This document shows positions 49,590-63,550 of a stretch of 64,000 nucleotides of DNA, piece by piece (position 1 is the first letter of the stretch; each line of letters starts with the position of its first letter). The notes under the pieces were generated by a model. That model was given only the letters and a program-made list of their open reading frames with translations, made no database searches and was not told where the DNA came from. This stretch comes from Sphyrna mokarran. Its lineage: Eukaryota. The translations under genes were made by a program, and so were the position numbers. Location: NCBI GenBank assembly GCA_024679065.1, contig JAGIQG010000008.1:85746001-85810000 (forward strand), in the 5' to 3' direction.

Positions 49590-52250
49590 GAAAGAAACAT
49601 GAAACCAATGTACACATGAAGTTAATAGTGCAGTTGAGAAGGGAGAATGCAGTATCACTCTCCTGGATGTAATATAGAAAGTGGTTTAATGATATAAACA
49701 GAGCAGGAAAAGTGAGCGCAGCAGCATATTTAATGATATTCTGCAGTGTGCTTTGTGCTAACCCCCTCACTCTTTTATGAAAAGCCTACATCAGTGCACA
49801 CTCAGTTAACTTGCAGGAGAACCCATTATTCTCAGACTGTGTGTTTCCTCTCACCCTTATCTGTCTACCTCTACTGACACTCCTCCTCATCTATGTACAT
49901 CAGCATGCCTATCGCTTACAATGACCTGCAATCATTTCTCTCCATCCAACTGTTCAGCACATACCATTACCCCAAGTCTATTTTTTCTTGTGGGAGAAAA
50001 GAGCACAGAATGTGAAAAAGGCAAAGCATTGAAGGTGGCACTCCAAACGTCCTGCAGCTGGAAACTGTAGAGGTGCTGGACATTACTGGCACCTTTGCTG
50101 CTGAATGTGGAGGGATTGGGATAGAACTAAATATCAGATAGCCATATGGCCCAATGCAATAAGTCATGTGGAATTGCTATATACAGTGAGTGAGGTATGA
50201 TCAATTATAACATTTTACCCTTGACTATCTTAATCCCCACAGGACCATCAAGTGTCTTGCAAGAGATACTGCATGAGAATGAAACAAATCAATGGAGCTC
50301 GCTTTGTTCTAAGGTACATCATCCCAGGATATAATAAACTGTGCACTAACCCAGGTACTCAGATTTCAGTGGCATCAGTGAGGAAGACAGTTAGCTTTTG
50401 CTGAAAAAAAGAGTCAAAATTTCGATGTTTTTCATCTTGTGCTGATCAGGATCTATTTACAAGAATGTGACAAGAATACTTGCCAGGTTGAATTTAAACA
50501 AAAACTTGGCAGTTGACTGTTCCTTGGTGTATTTTCCATGGCAACTTCTTTAATATTCAGAGTGCACTTGTCAACCAATCAGTACTCTCTTCTCATGAAG
50601 TATAACTTTGAGATTTGTTAATCTTGTTAATCTGTCCTGATGAGTGCAATATGAAAAGATTTGACAGCGTGCCTCTTTTTCAGCAATATTCAAATTCTTT
50701 ACCACCATGTGACTGATAGTTGGCTTTGTCCTGACACATCACAAGGGAACATAGATGACGGAGAAAGTAATGTCGAATTTGGGTGAATGATGATCCAAAC
50801 TCTGCTCAGCAAAATGTTGAATCTTGGGTGGCTATTGATGAAGAATGTTGATGTAAGTGACTCATCATCATCTATGTCATACTTCAGCATGTCCTATCTG
50901 TTGACACTCTATACTACACAGAACTTGCCTGCTGGGTTATGATCTGCAGAGCTTAGTCCACCATGAGCTTTAGTCTGATGCTTATCAAAGGAAGCTCCCA
51001 AATCAGTCTAGGCATTGGAGCATCTTTAGAATGGTGAAGATTTAGTCAGTGACACATCAGGTTATCATATACCAATAATCATATCGCTCCTGGATTCATT
51101 GATTGGGCTCCATTGAGCTTTAAAGCAGTCCATTAGTAAATGTGTTTCAAGGTGAGAAGAGATTAGGGAAGAACAAAAAGCACTTACCCATCCCTTTCCC
51201 CTTGCTCCGCCTCTGGTCTAGTTGTCATGATTGTGAAGCAGAGTCTCCATCCTGGGCTAAGGAACCCGTCCAATAGGCAGACAGAATAACAAAAACACAG
51301 TCATGTTTGAATCCATTATGCATCTTCCTGGCTCAGCTGCGTAACCTCCCAGTTTTCTTTGCACTCAGTCTGTAACTGAGTTACGCTCGCTTTTCTGCAG
51401 CTGCACATTTGAACTAAAAATGTTTTCTGAGGTTCAAGGTCACCGTGAGCTTACCGTCCCCCCTTTGCTGTATTTGGCATTGATCCAATGATCCAGGGCT
51501 ATCCCACAAGATTCTCCAGACTGAACATTCTCCTCTCCACAGTTCCCATTGTTTTTCAGATGAGGGGCAGCTTGTAACCCCAAATGTTGACCTCTGTAAC
51601 ACGATATGAAGTCATGATCCATGGTTTAGAAACCCCTGCCAAGAGAATGGGCTCCACTGAACAATAACCACCTGCTCACCCCCCCTCTCTACTGTGGAGC
51701 ACTAGTTCTTGTGAGGAACCAGCTGTTATTTCTTCAACTGGAGCTAGTGCTGCTCCTATTGATGTTGGTGCTCCTGCTGGCATTCTTCCTGTCACTCCAG
51801 CTGGCACTGTAGGTGCTGCTGGTCACCTAGGTCCTCATCTGAAGCTAAAAGTGAAGCAGCAACTATGCCGCTGTGATAGGTCACAGCTGCATTGTGAAGA
51901 TCAACTGTACAAACCTCCAGAAGTTGTGAAAGTAACCTCTTTGCACAAGTACTGTGAACAAAGCTTTTCACACAATCAGGCAAAAAAACAGCTGCAAGGT
52001 TTCCGTATTTATCGGCATATTTTCCTGTCATGTCTTTGACTCCCTCAAATGACAGCATGTACTTGCCTTTCTTTCATTGGCCAGTTCCATAAAGTCAAGG
52101 AAGCCTTTGAACCCATGGTTAAGTTTAAAGCCATGTTAATCTTGCCGTAACTGAGCATTTAACATATTGAAATTGACAACCCACCTTTCCCAATTGGTAA
52201 CATGCATGCAGTCTGCTGGAGGGATGGAGTTTAAAAACAGCGAGTAATGT
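49590..52250. mobile_element. Decayed Harbinger/PIF DNA transposon (Myb/SANT gene relic on +, transposase relic on -)
   Basis: + strand: W..YRKWFNDINRAGK|gtgag and EKRAQN...GGTPNVLQLETVEVLDITG. - strand: SSEKQW...KLTVTLN, resembling Harbinger transposase KVTVALNF. Confidence 0.5.
50398..50686 (+). mobile_element. Penelope-like inverted terminal unit with a degenerate minimal hammerhead ribozyme
   Basis: Inverted ends ttgctgaaaaa..gag / ctc.tttttcagcaa; internal CCAAT and TATAA; CTGTC-CTGATGA-GTGCAATAT-GAAA-AGATTT-GACAG at 50632-50667. Confidence 0.6.
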
Positions 52251-52842
52251 TGCAGCTGTGTAAGGTGCTGGTGTGGCCACAACTGGACACTGTGTTTTGA
52301 TTTGGTCTCCTTACTTGGGAAAGAATATACTGGCACTGACGGGAATAGAGAGGAGATTCACTAGGTTGATTCCAGAGTTGAGAGGGTTGATTTATAAGGA
52401 GAAACTGAGTAGACTGGAGCTATACTCAGTGGAATTCAGAAGAACAAGGGGAGATCGTAGAGAAACATAAAAGATTATGAAAGGAATAGGTAAGATAGAA
52501 ACAGGGAAATTGTTTCCACTGACAGGTGAAACTCGAACTAGGAGGTATAGCCTCAAAATAGGGGAGAACGAATTTAGGACTGAGTTGAGGAGGAACTTCT
52601 TCACACAAAGGGTTGTAAATCTGTGGAATTTCTGGCCCAGTGAAACAGTTGAGGCTACCTCATTGAATGTTTTTAAGGCAAGAATAGATAAATTTTTGAA
52701 CAGTAAAGGAATTAAGGATTTTGGTGAGAGGGCGGGTAAGTGGAGCTAAGTCCACGAACAGATCAGCTATGATCTTATTGAATGGCAGAGCAGGCTCGAG
52801 GGGCCAGATGGCCTACTCCTGCTTCTCGCTCTTTATGTTCTT
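52250..52842 (+). mobile_element. CR1 3' fragment
   Basis: ORFs WSPYL..IERRFTRLIP and FFTQRVVNLWN; tail gagggccagatggcctactcctgct. Confidence 0.9.
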
Positions 52843-53629
52843 TTAACATGCTGTAGTCAAAGGGGAAAGCAGCAGATTGGAGACAGCATCTTGAGGTACT
52901 GCCTATCACTGCTCATCTTTCATTTGTTCCCAAACCCATTTGCTCCTGTTAATTAAAATTCAGCTCCTAATCTCTCCAGTTTTATTTTGATTTGAAAATA
53001 GGCCAAGTTATCTTTCCAAAAGAGGTACTAATTGTATATGGTTTCACTGATCTTGGCAGAGCTTGCTTTACTTTTATAAATGTTCCAATCTGTTTCACTT
53101 ATTTGTTCATTTTTCTCATCCAATTCCAGTCTGTGCATGTATTTCTTGGTGAAACTGAAACAATGCAGCATTACTATTTATCTAGTCTTGACTGGAGTGG
53201 CCGGGAGAGGTGGTCATTTTTGAGGCAGGCTTACTTGACAATATTTGAAATGTAAGAACATTCATTTTTAAAAAGTAGATATTTTGATTTATTTATGTGT
53301 TTCATAATATGAAGGTTTTTATTGGCAGCTTTTCAAATTAATTTTATCAAAGCAAATAATCTCCCCAAAGTCTCTGTTCCACCACTATGTATTTTGATAT
53401 CCCTCTTCTCTCATTTACTTTCCATCTCAAATACCTCTTACTGATTTGCCTTCTTTGTCCTATCAAACTGGACAAGCTCCTTCTTTCCTGCTCCCAACCC
53501 CATCACTGCACTGAACTATTTTTGACTGGATTCCTGCCTCTTGCTATAATTTGTGACCTCAGTTCAATAATTTTACAATGATCAGCAAATACATAGTTAG
53601 AGCAATTGTAAAGTTTATAAAGTTTTGAA

Positions 53630-53910
53630 CTTTATTTATTAGTGTCACAAGTAGGCTTACATTAACACTGCAATGAAGTTACTGTGAAAATCCCCTAGTT
53701 GCCACACTCCAGCATCTGTTCGGGTACACTGAGGGAGAATTTAGCATGGCGAAAACACTGAACTAGCATGTCTTTCATACCTGGAGGAAACCCATGGAGA
53801 TATGGGATGAATGTACGAAGTCTGCACAGACGGTGACTCAAGCTGTGAATCGAATCTGGGTCCCTGGTACTGGAGGCAGCAGTGCTAACGACTGTGCCAT
53901 CATGCTGCCC
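53630..53910 (-). mobile_element. V-type SINE (alternative tail)
   Basis: tttatttattagtgtcacaagtaggcttacattaacactgcaatgaag...gcagcagtgctaac. Confidence 0.85.
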
Positions 53911-53984
53911 CTCCATCTTCCTACAGAGTTGCCTCTGGTGCCATATTGAATCATGTTTTACAAATCAACAACTTCACCCTGGAA

Positions 53985-56785
53985 AGGCATGGATGTTATG
54001 CGTGGATTGACAGGTGGAAATATGACATTATAGCCATTAGTGAAAGTTAGCTACAGGAGGGGCAGGCCTGCAATTCAATGTTCCAGGGTTCTAATGTTTC
54101 AGGCATGATAGAGGGATAAAAGGCAGGGGAGTGGCATTGTTGGTCAGGGAAAATGTTACGGTGATACTCAGGCAGGATTGATTGGGGAGCTTGTCTGCAG
54201 AGGCTCTATGGGTGGAGCTGAAAAACAGGAAGGATATGACCACATTAATGGGGTTGTATTATAGACCTCCCAATAGTCAGCCAGAACTGGGGGAGCAAAT
54301 CAGCAGAGAGATAGCTGACAATACAAGAAACAGAAAATTGTGATAGTAGGGGATTTTAATTTCCACATATAGATTGGGACCCGCATACTGTTAAAGGTTT
54401 CGATGGGGTAGAGTTTGTTAAATGTGTTCAGGAGAGTTTTCTACATCAGTATATAGAGGTGCCAACTAGAGAGGATGCGATACTGGATCTCCCATTGGGA
54501 AATGAGTTAGGGCAGGTGATGGATGTGAGTGTAAGGGAACATTTTGGATCCAGTGATCATTATGCCATTAGTTTCAACTTGATCATGGATAAGGATAAAT
54601 CTGGTCCTCAGGTTGAAGTTCTGAACTGGAAAAAGGCCAAATTTGATGAAATGAGAAGGGATACAGGAAGTATGGATTGGCACAGGCTGTTCTCTGGTGA
54701 GGATGTAAATGGAAAATGGGAAGCCTTCAAAGGAGAAATTTTGAGAGTGCAGAGTTTGTACGTTCCTGTCAGGATTAAAGGCAAAGTGAATGGATAAGGA
54801 ACCTTGGTTCTTGAGGGAGATTGGAACACTGATTAAGAAAGAGAGAGAGTTGTATGAAATGTACAGGCAGCAAGGAACAGATAGATGCACGAGGAATTTA
54901 AAAAATGCAAGAAGCTACTTAAGAGGGAAAACAGGAGAGCAAAAAGGAAACATGAGGTTCTGTTGGCAGACAGAGTGAAAGAAAATCCAAAGACCTTCTA
55001 CAGACATGTTAGAAGCAAAAGGATAGTGAGAGATAAAATTGGTCCTCTTGAAGACCAGAGTGGTAGACTGTGTATGAAACCAAAAGAGATGGGGGAGATA
55101 CTAAATGGGTTTTTTGCATCTGTATTTACTGAAGGAACAGGCATGGAGTCTACGGAAATTGGACAGGTAGGGAGGTCATGAAACCTTTACAGATTAATGA
55201 GGAGGAGGTGCTGGCTGTCTTGAGGCAAATCAGAGTGGATAAATCCCCAGGAGCGGACACGGTATTCCCAAGGACCTTGAGAGGGGCTAGTATTGAACTT
55301 GCAGGATCCTGGCAGACATATTTAAAATGTCAATCTTCACAGGGGAGGTGCCTGATGATTGGATGGTGGCTCATGTTGTTACATTGTTTAAAAAAGGTTC
55401 CAAAAGAAATCCGGGAAATTACAGGCCAGAAGTTTGACGTTGGTAGTTGGCAAGTTATTGGAAGGGATAGGATCTACAAATATTTTGATAGACAGGGACT
55501 TACTAGGGAGAGTCAACATGGCTTTGTGCGTGGTAGGTCATGTTTAACCAATTTATTAGAGTTTTTTGAGGAGGTCATCAGGAAAGTGGATGAAGGGAAG
55601 GTGGTGGATGTTGTCTGCTTGGATTTCAGCAAGGCCTCATGGGAGATTAGTTAGGAAGGTTCTGTCACTAGGTATACAGAGGGAGGTTGTAAATTGGATT
55701 AGACATTGGCTCAATGGAAGAAGCCAGAGAGTAGTTGTGGAGGATTGCTTCTCTGAGTGGAGGCCTGTGACCTCCGCAATGCCGCAAGGATTGGTGTTGG
55801 GTCCATTGTTGTTTGTCATCTATATCAATGATCTGGATGATAATGTGGTAAATTGGATCAGCAAGTTTGCTGATGATACAAAGATTGGAGGTGTAGTGGA
55901 CAGTGAGGAAGGTTTTCAAAGCTTGCAGAGGGACTTGGACCAACTAGAAAAATGGACTGAAAAATGGCAAATGGAATTTAACGTAGACAAGTGTGAGGTA
56001 TTGCACTTTGGTAGGACAAACCAAAGTAGAACGCACAGGCTAAATGGGAGGACTCTGAAGAGTACAATTGAACAGACAGATCTGGGAATACAGGTACAGA
56101 ATTCCCTAAAAGTGATGTCACAGGTGGAAAGGGCCGTAAAGAATGCTTTTGGTACATTGATCTTTATAAATCAGAGTATCCAGTATAAAAGTTGGAGTGT
56201 TATGGTAAGATTATAAAAGGCATTGGTGAGGCTGAATTTAGAGTATTGCATACAGTTTTGGTCACCTAGTTACAGGAAGGATGTAAATAAAGTTGAAAGA
56301 GTACAGAGAAGGTTCACAAGGATGTTGTTGGGACTTGAGAAGCTGACTTACAGAGAGAGCTTGAATAGGTTAGGATTTTATTCCCTGGAGTGTAGAAGAA
56401 CAAGGGGACATTTGATAGAAGTGTATAAGATTTTGATGGATATAGATAGACTGAATGCAAGCACGCTTCTTCCACTGAGGCTAGGGGAGAAAAAAACCAG
56501 AGGGCGTGGGTTGACAGTGAAATGAGAAAAGTTTAAAGGGAAAATTGGGGGCGGACTTCTTCATGCAGAGAGTGGTGGGAGTGTGGAATGAACTGCCAGA
56601 TAAAGAAGTAAATGCGGGGTCACTTTTAACATTTAAAAAAACTTGGGCGGGTTCATGGATGAGGGGAGTGTGGAAGGATATGGTTCAAGTGCAGGTCAGT
56701 GGGACTAGGCAAAAGATGGTTTGGCACAGAAAGAAGGGCCAAAAGGCCTGTTGCTGAGCTGTAATTTTCTGTGGTTCTATGTTTT
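53985..56785 (+). mobile_element. CR1 LINE, most of ORF2 (EN + RT) with frameshifts, plus 3' tail
   Basis: PTREDAILDL, SDH, VKENPKTFY, QHGFVRGRSCLTNLLEFFE, PQGLVLGP, KFADDTK, LEYCIQFWSP, QRVVGVWNELP. Confidence 0.95.
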
Positions 56786-57939
56786 TTATGGTTATTTGGT
56801 ATAATAAAATAATTTTTGTTTTTGGTTGTGACAGGGAATTTGTGAAGTTCCAGAGACATCCAGGGACCTGCTGAATTTATCAATTCCTTTTGAAATCAAT
56901 GTAAAATATTGCAAAATCCATTGATGGATTTCACAAGTCCTCCAATTTCATAGACTATCAGATTGGTCCAGAAAGTATATTTTCTTTCATTTTATAAGAT
57001 GATGATTTGTGCCAGGGTGACGAACTCCATGTTAAACATTACCTGGTATAATGCTTCCGATGCCCCATTGTGGCAAAGCAGTCACTGTCACAGTTGCTGT
57101 ATAAGAAGAGAGTGGGCTGAGAAAGTGCAGATCCACTGGCAGCTGATTTCTCTGGACGCTTTTCATGGCCATTTGATCTTTCTCCTTTCTGCTTGCCCTT
57201 CCAAACAGTCAGTCTTCAGAGGTCAAACTGTCAGCCACTATCTTCCAATTCTCAGTATCAATGTCCTCTATCTTCGTAGCTCATCTCGGAAGCCAGCAAC
57301 TTGAAAGAAAAGAAAGCATGATACACCAACGGTAATTATTAAACATTGATGTTAATGGCAACTGCACCTACAGTGCAGTGGAGTGTAGTTCTCTTAAATT
57401 TAAATTACTTTATTCAAATCATCCAAACATTTGAATTTTTAGCACAAAATTTCCAGTTCTGTTTATTTATGTTGCTTGATTCCAAATACTGGATGGTTAT
57501 TGTTTTTAAAAGCAAGGGAGAGCATGGAATTATTTCCATTATATTGTACAAAAATGTACAGCACTTATACACTTTTCCTATAAGGTGATAGTCTGGCAGC
57601 ACATTTCCAATTTAGGCTGGCACTCAAATATGCAAGATCATGGTTATCTCTGATAATTTTGGACGGATCTTCTTTGACGCAAAGCCTCTGTCTGTCCATA
57701 TAAAGACCCTATTGTTGAAGATAGGGAAGAGTGTCATGTTCCATGGAACATTGATTGGCTGGTACACTATGTGAGAGCATGTGTATCAGCTCACAGGTAG
57801 CAAAGCCTGAGCTCCCCTCAATGTTAATTAATTGGCAATTTATTTTTTAGTATGAAAAGAAATTGAGCCTCCTTTCAACAATAATCAATAGACCACAAAG
57901 AGAATATTCACAGTGTGGGAATGATTAATCATTTGAATT

Positions 57940-58262
57940 GGGGAAGCAGTATTGTCACTAGACTCATAATCTAGAGTTCCAGGATAAGTTCTGGGCATTC
58001 AGGTTCAAATCCCACCATGGTAGACAATGAAATTTGAATTCAATAAAAATAATGATCATGAAATCAATGTTGATTGATGGAAAATCCCATTTAGTTCACT
58101 AATGCCCTTTAGGGAAGGAAATCTGCCACTCTTATCTAGTCTGGTCTACATGTGGTTCCAGAGTCAAAGCAATGTGGTTGACTCTCAAATTCCTTTGAAA
58201 TGTAGGATAGTTAGGCATGAACAATAAATGCTGGCCTAGCCAAGAATATTCACATTCTGTAA
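57940..58262 (+). mobile_element. tRNA-headed SINE, family B
   Basis: Matches the 35458 and 47263 copies. Confidence 0.8.
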
Positions 58263-58799
58263 ATAAATTTTTAAAAGTTCAAGCTTGATCCCATTTGCTC
58301 TTTATAGCCTTATGACTTCTTCTATTTCAAATTTTTATTGTTATTTTCTGTGTTTTTTGTGCCACAATATAGCTACATTGCTTTTAATTGCATTTTTTAT
58401 ATCTGCTCCATAACCTTCAATATTTTTTCAATATTTTAAATGCCACCTTGGTAAGCCAAACAAGGGCTAAATGTAAAATGAATTGTGTCAGTGTAGGCTC
58501 TTTAAACTTTTTACATTATTCATATGGTTGACGAAGCAGTTACAGTTTGATAACAAGGTTAACAATCCATTCAGCTAACACAGTTGTGTTGTGATGCAAT
58601 CAATCAGACCTCTCAGGGTAGGAGTTCAACCCTCAGGCGATGGTCTGACTTCAATGGTCAAGGCCAGTTTAAGTATTCCTCATGTTTCACTCATGGAGCA
58701 ATGACCACATCTTCCCTGGACTGTCCACAAGCAATTGTGATGTGGAGATTCCAAATAAACCTACTGGATTTTAACCTGGTGCTTTAAGACTTCTTACTA

Positions 58800-59190
58800 T
58801 GCACAACCTCTGGAAGGTTGAATGGTGGAACTGAGCACTTGGGTCACAGAACAGATTGTGGTTGGTGATGTTTGCAACCATTGAGAGGAGGGGTGGTCAT
58901 CAGCTTGTAAGGTGTGGATGTATTCCAGTAAGGGCTACGAGATTTCAAATGAACGTGTGCTCTTTTTTGAGATCCTGTATCAATGGGAAGGCTTCATTAT
59001 CTGTCAGTTTGTGGTGTTCTTTGAGAAGGATGGTTTTCTTCTGGACAGTGGTTCATGTGCTAGCTTCATTGGCCACTCTATCTGTGTTGGTCTCAACATT
59101 ACAGAGGTAGTTCTTATGACTTCCCAGAGGTGAATCTCTTTGGAATATTTACTCCCAGTCCAAGCAATAAAGATTCAATAGAAAACATAC
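58800..59190 (-). mobile_element. Decayed Vingi/Ingi-like LINE fragment (tentative)
   Basis: Broken translation LRPTQIEW...LKSR.PYW...NHNLFCDP..PFNLP resembles the C-terminal region of Vingi/Ingi-type ORFs. Confidence 0.35.
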
Positions 59191-59207
59191 TCTCTGTTTA
59201 AACTACC

Positions 59208-59537
59208 ATTTGATGGATAACATGACAGCTCATGACTATCGCTGTGCTGTGCAGATACATGGATTTGGGCCTGTGTCTGTGGGAGTTTGCGCATTCTCCC
59301 CGTGCTTGCGTGGGTTTTCTCCAGGTGCTCCAGTTTCCTCCCACATCCCAAAAATGTGCCCTTAGGCTAATTGGCAAAAGAAATTCTCCCTAAATTGTTT
59401 CAAATTTGGTTTTTAATCCACAGATCTATAAACATAGACAGGGATCACGGGTAGAGGTGGGAACATCGGAGTGGTGGCGTGGGCTCGTTGGGCCGAAGGG
59501 CCTGTTTCCTGTGCTGTTTTGTTCTTTATTCTTTGTA
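59208..59537 (+). mobile_element. 5'-truncated 3' UTR copy of the V-domain-containing CR1 family
   Basis: Aligns to 2401-2725 and 28227-28560; (ttctttg) tail. Confidence 0.8.
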
Positions 59538-59794
59538 CTCTTTTCTCATCAATGTGAAATGGGACCTGAGAGATGAATGAGGATTTGCTGTATTTTCTGT
59601 CTTCTTCTAGATTAAAGGTGCATTTGAAATAGATGAGCAGACAGTTGGAATTGTGTTGTGATAATATTGTTACTTGCACAGCCAGATTTTGAATCCAGCC
59701 AGACTGATTAGGTCTCTTTATCTCTAATATTCGATATATTGATATCTGATATTGTAAAATTAGTTTAGGGTAATCTTAACCACGCACATATGTG

Positions 59795-60287
59795 TGGGTT
59801 AGGTTGATTGGCCATGCTAAATTGCCCCTTAGTGTCAGGTGAATTAGCAGGGTAAATATGTCAGGTTCTGGGTATTGGGCCTGGGTGGGATTGTTGCTGA
59901 TAAAACTCAGTGGGCGGAATAATAGAATCCTACAGTGCAGAAGGAGGCCAATCGGTCCATTTGGGGCTGCACTGACCATAATCTCAACCAGGCCCTATGC
60001 CCATAACTCCATGTATTTACCTTAGTTGGTTCCCCTGACATTAAGTGTCAATTTAGTACAACCAATCAACCTAACCCGCACATCTTTGGACTGTGGGAAG
60101 AAACCGGAGAATCTGGAGGAAACCCATACAGACATAGGGAGAATGTGCAAACCCACACAGACAGTGAACTAAGCCACAAATCGAACAGGGGTCCCTGGTG
60201 CCATGAGGCAGCAGTATTAATCATTGTGCCAACTTGCTGCCCCAAATGGCCTCCTTCAGTTCTATGGGGACTCTATGATTCTATGAT
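59795..60287. mobile_element. Nested HE1-like SINEs (antisense copy 59917-60243 inside the tail of a sense copy)
   Basis: The sense tail is interrupted at tgggcggaat and resumes at ccaaatggcctcctt. Confidence 0.75.
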
Positions 60288-61048
60288 AAAACTGTTGAGA
60301 ATTTGTTACTGCTGGCACCCTGTTGGTTGTCTCAGACCACACAATAGCTAGTGTGAGAAATGGAAAAAACATGATACTGCAACTGTAAAGGATATTCTTC
60401 TGAGTTAGAAGTTAAGATGCTTTCTTCAAGCTGAGAGGGAGATCATGCTGCTGGCCAACACTGAAAATTAAGAAGAATTCCATTCCTTACAACTAAATCT
60501 ATTCACCTTGATAAGCACAAAAGATTTTTTAAATGGAAATTTGTTTCACATTTAACACTAGAATTAAAAATTTTTAAGCTTGTGATTCTCTTACTTGAGT
60601 CATTACCCTAGCTTCCTTATTTTACTGAAGATAGATCTATTAGCTGTAACTTATTTCCATTATAATCTCCTCTGTGATGGCTGGTGATAAGATCTCATTA
60701 ATAACTGTACAAACCGAGCAGACTGGAATAGTCACTAGTGACAGTGCTGTATGAGTTATGATTAGCTTCATGAGTAGAGATGTAAATTACCATGGTAGAC
60801 CATGACTTGATTCAATTTATACCACATGTTCAGTATTTTTTTGTATTTAATTTTTTTTTACAGGGATTACAGCTGACTCCATTTCCAGTGAATACCTGTT
60901 AACTGAATCGATATTGAAAGCTCCAAAGCATTTCCTGTCTGCACCACTTTATGGTCACTCCAGCCATTGGATACTTTGAGCAGTTTGATCCAATTTTTAA
61001 GTTAGCTTTTATTCTCAGGCAAATGTTTTACCCTCTTAATTGGTTAAA

Positions 61049-61367
61049 ATCATAGAATCCCTAGATCATAGAAGGAGACATTCGGCCCATTGAGTCTGCA
61101 TCAATTCTTATCTCGTCTTACCCCGTACCCCCATGTATTTAAGCTGCTAATCCCTCTAACCTATATCTCCAGGGACATTAGGGACAATTTTTCATGGCCA
61201 ATCAATTTATCCTTCTTAATCTTTGGACTCTTGGGAGGAAACTGGATCATTTAGAGGAAACCCATGCAGACATGGGGAAAACACACAAACTCCATACGGT
61301 CACCCAAGGTGGAATTGAACCGGGGCCCCTGGCACTGTGGAGCAGCAGTGCTAACCACTGTGACACC
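61049..61367 (-). mobile_element. HE1-like V-SINE
   Basis: Head, V-domain and tail present. Confidence 0.85.
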
Positions 61368-62239
61368 ATTAATGACAGGAAGTTTATCAAGTTCTTCTCT
61401 TCTCCTCTCCAGGAAGTGCTGATTCTTGACCAGGTAAAGTTCCACTGCACTGGAGGCCCTCCGGAATCCTTCACCATAACTCAGATGGTGAAAGTAAACA
61501 GACCATTGAAGTAAAAAGCAGCTGAGTGAATCCCACCTTCACCCAGTGTATACAGTTTGCCTATCGTTCTATACAATCTTTTTTTTTAACCTCCAATCCA
61601 ACCCAACATACAATATATCCCAACTTAATGCCTTAATTCACCAGGATATCATTTGGATACCAGAAAATTTACCACAGGTAAGGGATGACAAATGGAAGCT
61701 TTCTGATTTATATGAATAAGTGTATGAATGATACCAATGAGCTGAAATTATGCCCTGTGTAATTGTGGAACCACTGACACCCCATTCTTGCATTGCACTA
61801 TGATAGAAGTGATACTCCTCATGATTCACAACATTCACTTTCTTGTTGTTCTGCTGCCTAAATCTCAAACTTTCAGGGAGTGATTAGCACCAGGGGAAGT
61901 TATTGGATGCTGGAACAATGGAATCATATCAGAGGCATTTGGATATTGGGATGGAAAAGACTGTGGCTCAGACATTCTGGCCTCCAGTTTGTTAGAAACT
62001 GGGTGGGCCCCACTCCCAAACTTGGAAGTCCCAATGCACTGATTGAGTGGTAATTGCCTGGGAAGTTTAAACTTCCAATCAGAAATTCTCCTGCTCCAAG
62101 GGACCCTCTGAAAGTCTCCAATTCTGAGTTGTCAGAGACTTCATACGGTTACAACATACTTACCTGGAAAGTTAAACAGAAAAATGCTCATTTAACTCCT
62201 GGCCAACTATCCAAATGATCTTGTCCCAAACATTTCCAC

Positions 62240-62700
62240 TGACCACACTCTTCTCCCCCACCTCCACAATTTGGTTCCTCATCTCAACTCCCATCCACCC
62301 ACCAACTTCACCCTGACCTGACCACCCGATTCTGCCTAAGCACCCCCCACTAAACACCACCCCCCAACATTACTACTCAACTCCATCCCTGACCAAACCT
62401 GACCTCATCTCATCACCTAACTCTCCCTCCCCAAGTCCCCCCAATCGAACATAACCTCAATACTCTGCCCATCTAGCAAGCCCAACCAAATGCAACCCTA
62501 CCACTTATACACATACGACCTTCTCTCCCTATCAACATTCCATCCTATCACCCTACCTAATGCCATCATACCTATTTCCCAAATGATTACCCTCTCACCT
62601 GGCAACCTATCCAATTGCCACCCTACCCAATTCCCTCATCCATCCTACCCTCTTACCTATCTATACACTTACCAATTCCCTCAGACACTCATAAACTAAC
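62240..62700. repeat. C/A-rich low-complexity tract
   Basis: Strong G depletion on the + strand. Confidence 0.6.
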
Positions 62701-63550
62701 ACTATGAAATGATGTTTAAATGTCCCAACTTTTAAATGTGTTATTGAATGCTCATCAAAATACTGCAGCTAAAGTGCTGTAAGAAGAAGGTATGGCTTCT
62801 CTACCTCTAATAATTTAATGCTTTGAAGAAGCAATTGGATTGAAGGCATGTTCCACATTTCTGAAGCAGCCGGGATTAAATGGCCCCGCTAGAAATGCAG
62901 AACTCTATCACAGTGCAACACCATTGGACTGGAGCAATAATCCAACAGTAATTGCCATTCCTTGGAAGATTCTGAAGATTCAGGTGGACAGTTTGGGTAA
63001 ATGCATGGGTTTATGGGCATTGGGCCTGGTTGGGATTGTGATTCGTGCATACCCGATGGGCCGATTGGCTTCCTTCTGCACTGTAGGATTCTAGATTCTG
63101 ACCTGTGTGACTCTTTGGATAGGTGAATTAAGATGACAGAATGAAGGCTTAATTTTCCTCAGGACATTTTGATTGTGGGATTTTATTTCTGGGTGCATAT
63201 TCTCACATTTTGGAAATGATAGTGACCCTGCTTTTAAAGCCAAAGTTGACCATGATATGCATCAGGTTCAACAATGGGCCCAGTAATGAATGAATTTCAT
63301 TTGTGAAAAGAGGCCCTTTTATAAAACACCTGAGGTTTATTCTGAGATTCATCCAATGCCATCCAGCATACCACTGCTGAAGGTATCAAATAGCATGGCT
63401 GATCATTCACAACCTTGTCTCATTCCACTTTTCAGAGTGATGGGCTCAGTGAGTGATGTATCTTAAATGCATTGTGAAACTGGAACAAACTTTCCAGATA
63501 AAATTGAATGTTTGCTTTGCACTCTCACAGTTGCCACCTTCTTTATAGGG

